A DNA stretch of 64,000 nt from Candidatus Bathyarchaeota archaeon (GTDB lineage: Archaea; Thermoproteota; Bathyarchaeia; Bathyarchaeales; DTEX01): contig CAVQNT010000001.1 of NCBI GenBank assembly GCA_963714275.1, positions 1 to 64,000 of the forward strand, given 5' to 3'. The notes under the pieces were generated by a model, which ran no database searches, was not told the DNA's origin, and was given only the letters and a program-made list of their open reading frames with translations. Numbering within the stretch: the stretch's first letter is position 1; every line of letters starts with the position of its first letter. Shown piece after piece: positions 23,883-32,803 of this stretch. The translations under genes were made by a program, and so were the position numbers.

Positions 23883-23992
23883 CCTTCATATTTGACTTTA
23901 TAATAAAATCCTCTACAAGGGGCAGTTATATGCTTATTGAGTTTTTCCGAATCTTCACTTGAAAAAAAGTTGGCTGCGAAATACGGACTAGT

Positions 23993-24514
23993 TTACAGGT
24001 ATATTTTGAGCAGCTGCCTTTTGTCCAAGATGAAGATGATAATGACGCTTATTACGAGTTCTACGAGCAGGTAGCTGCCGTTATAGATTGCTGAGTAGAT
24101 GACAGGGTTCATGCCTTCAGGAGCGTACATCCAAAAGAACCACAGGCCCGATGTGAAGTGCGCCAAGAACCTTCCGAAGATTGCCACGACGACGCCGACC
24201 AACGGGTACTTTCGGAATAACCCAGCTAGCCCCAATGCTCCGAAGGCTAAAGGATAATCAATTATGGCTTGAACAGGGTCAACGATGTATCCGCCTAGAG
24301 CCATATTAACCATCCCGTAAACGGCACCTGCCTCAACTCCTGCCCGTAAACCCCTTCTCAAAGCAAACCAGATGAGAGGCACCATACCTGCGACGCTTAC
24401 TGAACCACCTTCTGGAAGCTTGATGCTGGGCAATAAATCTTTTAAAATCACGGTTAAAGCTACTACGACTGTTCCTTCTGCGAGAACCTTAACGTTTGAC
24501 GAAACTTTACTCAT
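23993..24514 (-). CDS. thiT: ECF-type thiamine S component ThiT
   Basis: LPEGGSVS, RRG, PVQAIIDYPLAF, RFLAHFTSG, YSAIYNGSY; TPP riboswitch upstream; start at MSKV. Confidence 0.9.
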   Translation of the reverse strand: MSKVSSNVKVLAEGTVVVALTVILKDLLPSIKLPEGGSVSVAGMVPLIWFALRRGLRAGVEAGAVYGMVNMALGGYIVDPVQAIIDYPLAFGALGLAGLFRKYPLVGVVVAIFGRFLAHFTSGLWFFWMYAPEGMNPVIYSAIYNGSYLLVELVISVIIIFILDKRQLLKIYL

Positions 24515-24520
24515 TCTGCA

Positions 24521-24610
24521 TCCCTCCGCCAGTATTGTCTGGATCAGGTTCAAAGGGTCAACGGTCCATTCAACCGTCCTCTCAGCCAGGTCGAACCCGG
24601 CTCCCCTCGA
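24521..24610 (-). promoter_or_regulatory. TPP riboswitch (THI element)
   Basis: Minus strand reads GAGGGGAGC..GCTGAGAG..GACCCTTTGAACCTGATCCAGACAATACTGGCGGAGGGA, matching the TPP aptamer consensus; TTATATA box ~24633-24639. Confidence 0.93.
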
Positions 24611-24758
24611 CCGTGAAATAGAAAACTCCGAATATATAACTATTTTGACACCTCAATGGATAAAAAGTTAAAATGCCAAAATTTGGTATTGTTGTTGACA
24701 ACATTAGACTTTATTTGTCTATAAGTATTTACTTTGGGTTAATTGACGGTGGAAGCGC

Positions 24759-25307
24759 ATGAAGACGGGCAAAATCATCAGACAGTTCGTTGCAAGGGAC
24801 GGACGGAACATTATTTTAAGGACCCCAAAGTGGGAGGACCTTGACGACCTTTTGGAATTCATTAACTCACTTGTTGACGAGAGCGCTGACATCATGATGC
24901 ACAAGAAGACTTCAAGGCAGGAAGAAGCAGATTGGTTTGGGCGACTGTTGGTGAATTTAGAGAACGATCAGCTATTCGCTCTGGTGGCGGAGGTCGATGG
25001 TAAAGTTATCGCCAATTCTGAACTAAGCCAAAAAAGTGGATACTCTGGGCATGTGGGCGAAATTGGTATCGCTATAAGAACTGGCTATAGGGACATCGGA
25101 ATCGGTACTGAAATGCTTAGAACCTTGATTTCACACGCAAGAGATATTGGGCTGAAGGTGCTTAGATTAAGCGTTTTTTCATCGAACCCGAGGGCTAAAC
25201 ACGTTTATGAGAAGATGGGTTTCAGAGAAACTGGGAGAATGCCAAAAGAAATTTTTAAAGATGGCAAGTACATAGACATAATATTAATGACAATGGAACC
25301 TAAATAA
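24759..25307 (+). CDS. GNAT (RimJ/RimL-like) acetyltransferase
   Basis: YRDIGIG motif A; NPRAKHVYEKMGF. Confidence 0.9.
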   Translation: MKTGKIIRQFVARDGRNIILRTPKWEDLDDLLEFINSLVDESADIMMHKKTSRQEEADWFGRLLVNLENDQLFALVAEVDGKVIANSELSQKSGYSGHVGEIGIAIRTGYRDIGIGTEMLRTLISHARDIGLKVLRLSVFSSNPRAKHVYEKMGFRETGRMPKEIFKDGKYIDIILMTMEPK

Positions 25308-25413
25308 TATTCAATAAAATATTTTTTTTTAAAATTTTCATGACAAAAATTATTTTATATATCCTCGTATGCCCCTGTGGCTTCTTTAAAATAAATAGGT
25401 AAATATGAAGGAG

Positions 25414-25599
25414 TTATGTCCCAAAAGATAAGGGTGTTTCGTGTTTTTCGGTTTCTTCGGTTTTTAAGTCGATCTTTGATAGTCGGATGACCATGCCTTT
25501 TTCATAAACGAAATAATATGCTCCATCAGATAACAATTTCACCTCGACCAGTCTGCCATGTTTCCCGACGAATTCTTGCTTCAGTGATTCCGGCTTCAT
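25414..25599 (-). CDS. Small hypothetical protein
   Basis: 61-aa ORF with GAGTGA upstream; plausible composition. Confidence 0.5.
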   Translation of the reverse strand: MKPESLKQEFVGKHGRLVEVKLLSDGAYYFVYEKGMVIRLSKIDLKTEETEKHETPLSFGT

Positions 25600-25738
25600 C
25601 TCAATTCACTCTTTTTTTCCTCTAGTCGAAAAGAAAGAGATTATGAAGCAGTAGACTAGATGGCTTATTAGAAGAAAAGAAACATATTACAATCCAATAA
25701 TTAGATTATGAACCTAAAGAACTGAAACTTATAAATAC

Positions 25739-26755
25739 CTAATTACCCCGACTTTTTCTCTTTCCTATTTTTATTTTTATGAGATTTGACAGGTTGACCG
25801 CCATTTCTTCCATGCCAGCAGGAGACGGGTGAACAAGGTCAAACGTTAGTCCCGAAGCGGTTTTCAACACCTCTCTTCCGTCAACATAAACGAGCCTAGG
25901 CATATTCAGCTTCTCCACCGCGTTTCTGACTGTCCTTCTAAACTCGTTCTGTTTTTTGGAATTAGGATCATAGTCAGCTGCGAAAGTGAACAGGTCCATT
26001 GCGAACACCCATTTGTCAGAATGAGCCTTCGCGATTCGTTCAACAAGATATTCAGCTCTTTCTGTAAACTCATCGGTCGAAAATTCGCCAACCATGTTGA
26101 TTCCCATCTCCAAAGACGCGAAGCCCCAATCTTCACGTTCTGCGATGTAGTCCGCAATCTGATTTTCACAGTGAGCTCCTCCGCCGAAACCAAGATTAAT
26201 CAAGTCGACACCGAGATGCTGGGCTGTTCTCATAGCGTAAGAGCCTGTTGGTCTCAAAGCAGACGCACCATGCGTAATTGATGAGCCGTACGCAAGGTAC
26301 TTCATCTTGGGTGTTTGATCTTTTCTAGGAAGCGAGGTTTCTCCTTCGATGTCTATGAGTCTTATTTGAGAGAATATGGGCAGAATTATCCTTGTTAAAT
26401 GCGGATCAAATGGTAGACCTTTTTCTTTCGTGACTTTATCTAGGAAGCTCAGGTTGTCTGGTAGGCTCACTGTGATCTCCGTAGGCTTCATGCCTATACT
26501 TTGCCATGAAATTTGGAAATCTCCCTGGAAAACTTCAGCTATTCCGATTCCTTCGCAAGACAACGTGATTTTTGCTGATTTGCCTTCAAGGTTGAAACGG
26601 ATCTCGCATCCAGCGGCACACATCGCATTCGTTTCAGCAGCTGGGTTAAGGATCACTCTGAGGCTATTAGGGATTCTCGTAATGTTTTTTCCAACGCCAT
26701 CTTCAGGGGTTAGAAGTTCAGCTACATTGTATAACTCGACGTCTTGAAAATTCAT
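25739..26755 (-). CDS. SGNH/GDSL hydrolase
   Basis: YGSSITHG, NLGFGG, GIN, DLVHPS. Confidence 0.88.
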   Translation of the reverse strand: MNFQDVELYNVAELLTPEDGVGKNITRIPNSLRVILNPAAETNAMCAAGCEIRFNLEGKSAKITLSCEGIGIAEVFQGDFQISWQSIGMKPTEITVSLPDNLSFLDKVTKEKGLPFDPHLTRIILPIFSQIRLIDIEGETSLPRKDQTPKMKYLAYGSSITHGASALRPTGSYAMRTAQHLGVDLINLGFGGGAHCENQIADYIAEREDWGFASLEMGINMVGEFSTDEFTERAEYLVERIAKAHSDKWVFAMDLFTFAADYDPNSKKQNEFRRTVRNAVEKLNMPRLVYVDGREVLKTASGLTFDLVHPSPAGMEEMAVNLSNLIKIKIGKRKSRGN

Positions 26756-26904
26756 GCAGCAATCTCCTGTGTTCTGAAATGTCTAATCCTAATTATACAG
26801 CGAATATTTGTTTTTCTATATTTCTGAACGTAGATTTTCACTTTCAACTTATGCATTAACCACTAGTTAGCACGACCAATGAAAATAGCTGAGCTAGTTA
26901 AAAC

Positions 26905-27194
26905 TTGGAATGGAAGTAGTAGGATAGGCACGCACACAAAATCCTACTACTTCTGATTTAGTTCTTCGTAAGGAGCTTCTAAACATTGAGGAAGCCCTCG
27001 AGAATGGTAAAAATTTTGCGACTTGGTTTAGAAGAAATAGGAAGCTGCAAAACGCACGTTTCTTCTTCTGCTGCTGGTGTAGTAGTCTCCGCAACTTACA
27101 GGACTACTACTTTTAGACCAAACCTCTGAAGAGATGTTCAAACTAAAAGAAGTTGACCACACGGAAACAGCGTGGTCAACAACTACTATTCCAA
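26905..27194 (+). ncRNA. Candidate large structured non-coding RNA of unknown family
   Basis: Eight largely compatible nested helices found by eye; G-U pairs favour the + strand; T-rich tracts at 27202-27228. Confidence 0.45.
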
Positions 27195-27593
27195 TACGCT
27201 ACTTTTTAAGTGTCTGTTTTCTCTTTTTACAGGAATTCAAGTAATTAGATTAACAGACTTACGTTCATATATAGATTTTAAGTGATTCCTCATCGCTTGA
27301 TAGTTCATCTGAAATAACTAAATTAGAAGAAGAAAGAAGATACATACGAGTCAGCGTTTTCTTCTTCTACTATTTCTAACCGTCTAATTTTGTGATTAAC
27401 ATTATCAACCGTTTTTCCAAGAGCTTAGCAATAACCTCATTAAACATATATTCATATAAAAATCTACAAAGCCCTCCTCTAGCTGAGCTAGGGGGTTATC
27501 GGAAAGAACTCTAAGTCTTGGTTCAATTTCAGTGTATATAATGAAAAACACACGCCAAACTGGGCTACCGAGCGCTACCAGAAAAGGCTTTAT

Positions 27594-28308
27594 TCACTGA
27601 TTTTCTATGATATTGGAGAACAAATTAGCAATTTCATTTACGGCCTTTAAAGCATTTGTAGTTCCCATCTCCACATTTCTCAAGTATTCTCTAAACCATT
27701 TTTCCAACTTCTTCAACATGTCTTTTCTAAGATTCTTAGCTGCGGCACTGGACTTCCGTGCATCCTTATCTAGTTTCCATGTATCCGACTTGACCCCGAG
27801 AATATCTGCGATCTTCTCCAAAGACTGTTTCAAAGCCATACTGCAAGGCTCCTCGATAGTCCATTTTTTTGCTTAGACGTAACCGGATATAGATCTTTTG
27901 CGAAATGAGTTCTGATAATAATTCATCCGCGAAGATGTCGTCGAAGAGCCCGATTTTTTTCGTTCTCTGATCCCACAGATAAGTAGACCACATGATACTA
28001 TGGATGAGCTCATGAATCAAATCCTTGCTTAGAGATTCATTGCTCTTCACGTCAAAAAGCGAAATACTATCAGGCCTTCTCGGGATGTCTGTTAATGCCG
28101 CAAAAACTTTTTCGTTCTCATTTGGTTGTCTTGCGACCACTTCAATGTGACTTGCTAATCTCCTCCATTGCAGACCTGTATATTTTTCTATCATCTTTAA
28201 TGCTTTATTCTCATAGTTTTCTCTCCAGAAAGGTTCAAAGTCTCTTACTTTGGCTTTGTAACCTCTTTTAGCTTGAAAAACAATGTCTGGCCTTTCCCTT
28301 AATGTCAC
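27594..28308 (-). CDS. Hypothetical protein with HExxH zincin-like motif (frameshift ~27800-27840)
   Basis: DLIHELIHS...DE in 27766-28308; continues in the 27594-27839 frame. Confidence 0.6.
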
Positions 28309-29006
28309 GCCGCGAGCACCGTTTGAAACTATTTATCTTCGGTTCTTATTTAGTTTCAAGAATCCTTTTATACCATCCGCTAGCTGAGCTAAAACAAATT
28401 GAGATGAAATAAATTCGCATTGCCAAGTAATCCTAGATCCTCGAACACTGAGAATATCCTTTAAGATTTTGGTCTACAAACTTTTTTTGATAGTTACCTA
28501 AGATGAAGACTTGACATCATCTGTGCCTGCTTCCATTCTGGTTAGTTGAGTTACTTGTTTTTCGTGTATCTTTTTGGAAGTGGTTTCTTCTTCTGTTGTT
28601 TACTCGGCATTCTTTTGCCTCTCCTCAGTTTTCGTGTTGCAAGAACAACACGACTGCAATTAATATAGATTGCCTCCTTCTGTTTTTTCTAGGGAGAACA
28701 CTAAGTCTGAAAATAACTCTAGGATATGATAGCGTGCGTTTCAATAAACGGCGCCAATGTAAAGCATTAAAGTTTCAAACTCTAGATGCTGATGAGAAAA
28801 ACCATGTTCTCAGCATGGATTTCTCTTTCCTTTGTACGTCGGTGTCTATACGGCAGGACACGTTTTGTGTCGTCAGCTACTTTTTCTACTTTATTTAGTC
28901 AGCTAGCTTAACTTTCTGGATGAGCTGTACACTTAATAAGTCAAAAAGAGAAAACGAAAAAAATAAAATGAATCTTCAGTTTGCTGATAACTAGCATATA
29001 CAGTGT

Positions 29007-29162
29007 CTAGTATCTTCTTCTGCCAAAACTTGACCTGGGCGGTCTTCTCTTAGCCCAACATTCTCGGCAATATACCGGTCTACTCGGGTCAGGCTTAAAA
29101 GGAACTTCGCATTCCTGGCCACAGTCAGCGCAAACTGCTTTGTGCATTTCACGACTTTCCAT
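29007..29162 (-). CDS. Small CxxC-x17-CxxC zinc-ribbon protein (intact, 51 aa, missing from ORF track)
   Basis: MESREMHKAVCADCGQECEVPFKPDPSRPVYCRECWAKRRPPRSSFGRRRY*; AGGAG upstream. Confidence 0.9.
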   Translation of the reverse strand: MESREMHKAVCADCGQECEVPFKPDPSRPVYCRECWAKRRPPRSSFGRRRY

Positions 29163-29314
29163 ACTACTTTCACTCCTATTCATTTGTTTGCAAGAATAAA
29201 GTCTAATTCCAGAAGCCTATTAAACTTATCCACGACGAAGCTAGCTAACCGCATAAGAATCCCGTTAGTTAAGTCGTCCGTCAAAGATATGACTCGCTGA
29301 TAAAGATTAAAAAT

Positions 29315-29554
29315 TTATCCCACACAATTTTGTGTTTCCAGAGGTTGATTCGTCTTTATAGGAGTATATAAGGCGCCGTACATTATTCTAAACAAGAGGC
29401 ATCTTTTTTTGTGGAAATACGGAATCATTGCAAAGATGCGGGTCGCCATCATTGACAAGCTAAAGGCAGCTGGGGCAAGTTCCCCTGAGTTGAAGTGGAG
29501 AACCCAAGGCGATTTTTTCCTCACCCATCTCAGCAGATCATGAGCACGCGCCAT
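29315..29554 (-). pseudogene. Truncated NuoB / group-4 hydrogenase small subunit
   Basis: WVRKKSPWVLHFNSG is the NuoB/EchC-type N-terminus; homology stops just before the expected CxxC. Confidence 0.7.
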
Positions 29555-29919
29555 TATTCACTATCTCCAATTAAGAGCAGCCCTGCTACCAGAACCGTTG
29601 CTAAGTATAACAAAACTGCCAAAGTGCTTACTACGTTTGAGACTGAGGATGCAAATGCGACTAGAAGGACTGACGAATCCAAAATCACGAAGTAAATTAG
29701 ATATTTGTATAAAGAAACGTTGACTTTCAACACTTGAGAAAAAGGTTTTTCCCCACACGCATACGATGATCGTCCCTGTTTTTGCTGTGAAGGTTTAGGC
29801 GAAAACAAACGACCGAGAACATAGATGGACATTGAAACTAGAAAAATTAAAGTTAAGGCAATGGCGAATTCCTCAAACGTGCAAACTGCCTCCGTTGAAC
29901 CAGAACCTGAGAATAACAT
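29554..29919 (-). CDS. nuoA: NADH-quinone oxidoreductase subunit A-like membrane protein
   Basis: SYACGE loop; YLIYFVILD; 3 TM. Confidence 0.75.
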   Translation of the reverse strand: MLFSGSGSTEAVCTFEEFAIALTLIFLVSMSIYVLGRLFSPKPSQQKQGRSSYACGEKPFSQVLKVNVSLYKYLIYFVILDSSVLLVAFASSVSNVVSTLAVLLYLATVLVAGLLLIGDSE

Positions 29920-30044
29920 CTCAGATATGAAGGTTTTGTTCTTCGCACCATCAGCTAAACCTGTATAGAAATACTTTAAAAAAAAGAGAGATTAAATGGA
30001 TCGCGCCACGGCTTCTCCATCTTTCAGAGGTTTTTGGCGGAAAT

Positions 30045-30620
30045 TTATCCTTCTCTTGGCTTGGCGACGATTTCCTTGATTTTTAGGTCGAGGAATTTCC
30101 GTGGATATGCGGGTTGAACGACGATGGCTGTGTCTGCTCCTTTACCCGTTCCTGCGATAGCTATGGCTTCCCTGTCGACTGGAATTAATCCTGCGTCAGC
30201 AGCCATGAAAACAATCTCGACAGCGACCTTCATGCCTTGGCAGAACCTGTAAAGTGTTTCACGCACCGCTTCGTTGATTGTGGTTCCTCCGTGTTTCTCT
30301 GTGAAGGCTGAACCTACATCGTCGCCGAGAGCGTGGATGCCTGTTAAAACTTTGATGCCTTTGTCTTGAAGCTTTCTTCTTTCATCCGGAGTCATCGTCC
30401 ATCCTTCGCTGCGGTAGCCTTCGCAGATGGTCACAGCCACAATGCTGAATTTTTCGGTGTCGAAAATTTTGGCAGCTTTCAGCGCTGTTTCACCGTGCGA
30501 CGAGGCTACAACGACGTCTCGGATTCCAAGCTCCAAAGCTCTTTCATGAGCAAGCCTCAACGTTTCATCAGTATTTCTCGGTCCAACTTTTTCGTAATAG
30601 GCTATGGTCTTGATAGTCAT
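30045..30620 (-). CDS. Pyruvate-kinase C-terminal-like protein (MTH1675/COG1751 family)
   Basis: GPRNTDETL, VVASSHGETA, GMKVAVEI..MAADAG, GADTA. Confidence 0.85.
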   Translation of the reverse strand: MTIKTIAYYEKVGPRNTDETLRLAHERALELGIRDVVVASSHGETALKAAKIFDTEKFSIVAVTICEGYRSEGWTMTPDERRKLQDKGIKVLTGIHALGDDVGSAFTEKHGGTTINEAVRETLYRFCQGMKVAVEIVFMAADAGLIPVDREAIAIAGTGKGADTAIVVQPAYPRKFLDLKIKEIVAKPREG

Positions 30621-30785
30621 AACAAATCACGCTGTTTCGTACTCTACAATGAACACCGATTTATGATTTTTAAGAAAGAAAAACCTGCTTTTTATGATGT
30701 TTCAGAAAACGAAATTCTTATTTTTTGGACACAAAATAATATTTGATATCTAACTGAAACGTCATCGCTGCTTGCAACCTGTGTA

Positions 30786-31001
30786 TTATTTTTCGATTAT
30801 TTCAACGACTTTTCTTCTGCCTTTTAGACCTGAAATTATGCTTACGTGCGAAGAAGGCACGTTGAAGTTTTTTGCAAGTTTTTTTATTAGCTCTGTGTTT
30901 GCTTTGCCTTTTTCAGGCTTGGAGGTTAAGCCGACTAATATTTTGTCTCTTTCAACCTGAACGAAGTCTTTGTGAAACGTCACCTCAACGTCATACTTCA
31001 C
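30786..31001 (-). CDS. DUF167 (YggU) family protein
   Basis: PEKGKANTELIKKLAK.F.V....VSIISG...RRK. Confidence 0.85.
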   Translation of the reverse strand: MKYDVEVTFHKDFVQVERDKILVGLTSKPEKGKANTELIKKLAKNFNVPSSHVSIISGLKGRRKVVEIIEK

Positions 31002-31180
31002 TTAACATCACCAAATTTTGTTGGAAGTTTGATTGTTATTACTTCAAGAAGGCACGTAAACTTTTTCCTTACTCGGCACATCGACCTTGGATTTTTTATA
31101 GAAAAATCATTTCTGAAAACCTTAAAATATCGTTACCAACCTATGTTTAGCGCTCAAAATTAGTCAAGGACGGAACAGAA

Positions 31181-31951
31181 ATGAAGTTTAACCCGCCAAG
31201 CCAGACACTAATTGACGAGGCTACAGATCTTATTGTTTCTGCCTGCAAAAAAAGTTTCAGCAGCAACCTCGAATGCGTCATCCTGAAAGGCTCAGCTGCC
31301 AAAGGAGACTTCATTCCGTACTACTCGGATTTCGATTTCCACGTTTTTCTCAACCCAAAAGTTATGGAAAGCGAAAGAATCCCGAAAATCAATCATGCAC
31401 TTAAATTCCAGAAAGCTTTTGGGCACGTTAAGCCCGAGGATTATGGGGTCAGCCAGTTTCAAATTTATTTTATTGACTCTCAGCATTATCCAGCTGACTG
31501 GGTGCCGCCTGTCGAAGGAACATTCAAGGTTGTCTGGGGGAAGATGCCATTGGCTGTCATGAATGTGGGCAATCAGGTCTATGTTCAACAAGCAAACGAA
31601 AACCTTAAGACAGTTGAGGATACGCGAAAGAATCTTGTTGGAAGGTTCGTTGACAAACCTGACACTAGGATTCCAACGTTTGTTAGGCTTCTCGGCACAT
31701 TTCTAAAGGGTTACATGTATTCCGTTATGGTTCTGTTGTCTGACAATCCGAAAGACGGTTTAAGGCTACGGTTAGACGAAATGATAGCGCAAGTTGAAAA
31801 AGGCGTAGGCTCCAAAGGGCACCTCACTGCTTACTTTAGCCAGATATCCGACTGGGCAACAATCCAGCAGAACAGCGACAAAGCACGAACGGCTTTCAAA
31901 GAAGGAATGAAAGCCCTAGACGAAATAGGACATTGGTATGATAAACGCTAA
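31181..31951 (+). CDS. Nucleotidyltransferase-domain protein
   Basis: LKGSAAKGD....SDFDF Pol-beta-type motif. Confidence 0.75.
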   Translation: MKFNPPSQTLIDEATDLIVSACKKSFSSNLECVILKGSAAKGDFIPYYSDFDFHVFLNPKVMESERIPKINHALKFQKAFGHVKPEDYGVSQFQIYFIDSQHYPADWVPPVEGTFKVVWGKMPLAVMNVGNQVYVQQANENLKTVEDTRKNLVGRFVDKPDTRIPTFVRLLGTFLKGYMYSVMVLLSDNPKDGLRLRLDEMIAQVEKGVGSKGHLTAYFSQISDWATIQQNSDKARTAFKEGMKALDEIGHWYDKR

Positions 31952-31997
31952 AACACGTTTCTATGGCGACCTAAAATTTTTTAATGATTATCAATCG

Positions 31998-32672
31998 TCA
32001 GTCTTTAAGTTTCATCGCCCAGAGTATGCCGTTGAGGACGTGGGTTTGGAACCATTCTTGGTCCCAGATTTCAGGGTAGTGACCTAAGCCTGTGTAGAAC
32101 ACGCGTGCCTTGCCGTAGGTGTGGCACCAGCACATCACGTAGTCGTTGTCTTCACGGTTTCCTTTGCTGAGGTCAACTGAGCCATTGTCGAGGCTTAACA
32201 GAACGTGGGTCTTTTCTCGGCTCCAGTCTCGGAACGTGTAAACCTCTTCTTTAACCTTGAAGGACTTGGGTAGGTGCCTCGTCGCTGGGTGCGTCTGGTC
32301 TTCAACGTTTACCCAGACTTCTTGGCTCCACGGGTGCCCTTTGAAGTAGCCGCCGATCATCTTCCCGTACTCGGTGAACTTGTAGAAAGTGTCCGTCGCG
32401 TTGTGGATTCCGATAAACGGTTTCCCAGCTTTGATTGCTGACATCAACTCTTCCTTCTGTTGCTCGGAGATAGGCAGCTCGCCGGTTGTGGCGAAAATCA
32501 CGGCGTCGAACTTTTTGAGGTTTTCCTTGTTAAGGAGGTTGCATTCGGTTGTGGCTGTAACCTCGAATTGACCTGATTTTTTGCCCAGCGCGGTTATGAC
32601 TTCCGTGGCTTTCGGCAGATAATCGTGTTTGAAACCTGCTGAATGCGTGACCATAAGAACTTTTTTCATCAA
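31998..32672 (-). CDS. ThuA-like domain protein
   Basis: GFKH, FIGIHNATD, GGYFKGHP, EEVY, RVFYTGLGH. Confidence 0.88.
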   Translation of the reverse strand: MMKKVLMVTHSAGFKHDYLPKATEVITALGKKSGQFEVTATTECNLLNKENLKKFDAVIFATTGELPISEQQKEELMSAIKAGKPFIGIHNATDTFYKFTEYGKMIGGYFKGHPWSQEVWVNVEDQTHPATRHLPKSFKVKEEVYTFRDWSREKTHVLLSLDNGSVDLSKGNREDNDYVMCWCHTYGKARVFYTGLGHYPEIWDQEWFQTHVLNGILWAMKLKD

Positions 32673-32803
32673 ACATCATACACCTTTCAGACAAGCCATC
32701 ATTCTCTGCTTTAGATTATTAAAAGTCTTTTTTTCAAAATGTTTGGTTACGCAAAAATCGGTTGACAATAAATTTATGAAACACGCCGAGGACATTGTTA
32801 AGT

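Larger units (their letters stand above)
26886..28392. repeat. Three direct copies of TAGCTGAGCTA(G/A) at 26886, 27480 and 28381
   Basis: Read directly from the sequence; all three intergenic. Confidence 0.75.

Noticed and set aside
24515-24553. N-terminal extension MNLIQTILAEGCR of ThiT in the ORF track
   Set aside because: It is the TPP aptamer; the real start is most likely ATG 24514
26894-27094. 66-aa minus-strand ORF in the hairpin region
   Set aside because: Low-complexity product with no recognisable family; better explained by triplet-rich hairpin arms
28790-28815. TGATGA as a third C/D sRNA
   Set aside because: No CTGA D/D' boxes at suitable spacing
28991-29173. 60-aa ORF MKVVWKVVKC...
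   Set aside because: Shadow frame of the CxxC-x17-CxxC gene
26886-29273. CRISPR array or integron attC array
   Set aside because: Repeats are only 11-13 bp with 350-900 bp spacing; no RYYYAAC...GTTRRRY-bounded hairpins of attC size; no cas or intI gene
31181-31951. Nucleotidyltransferase as a cyclase partner for the CARF-like domain or as a CBASS enzyme
   Set aside because: 10 kb away, no effector or Cap genes adjacent; looks like a generic Pol-beta-type nucleotidyltransferase
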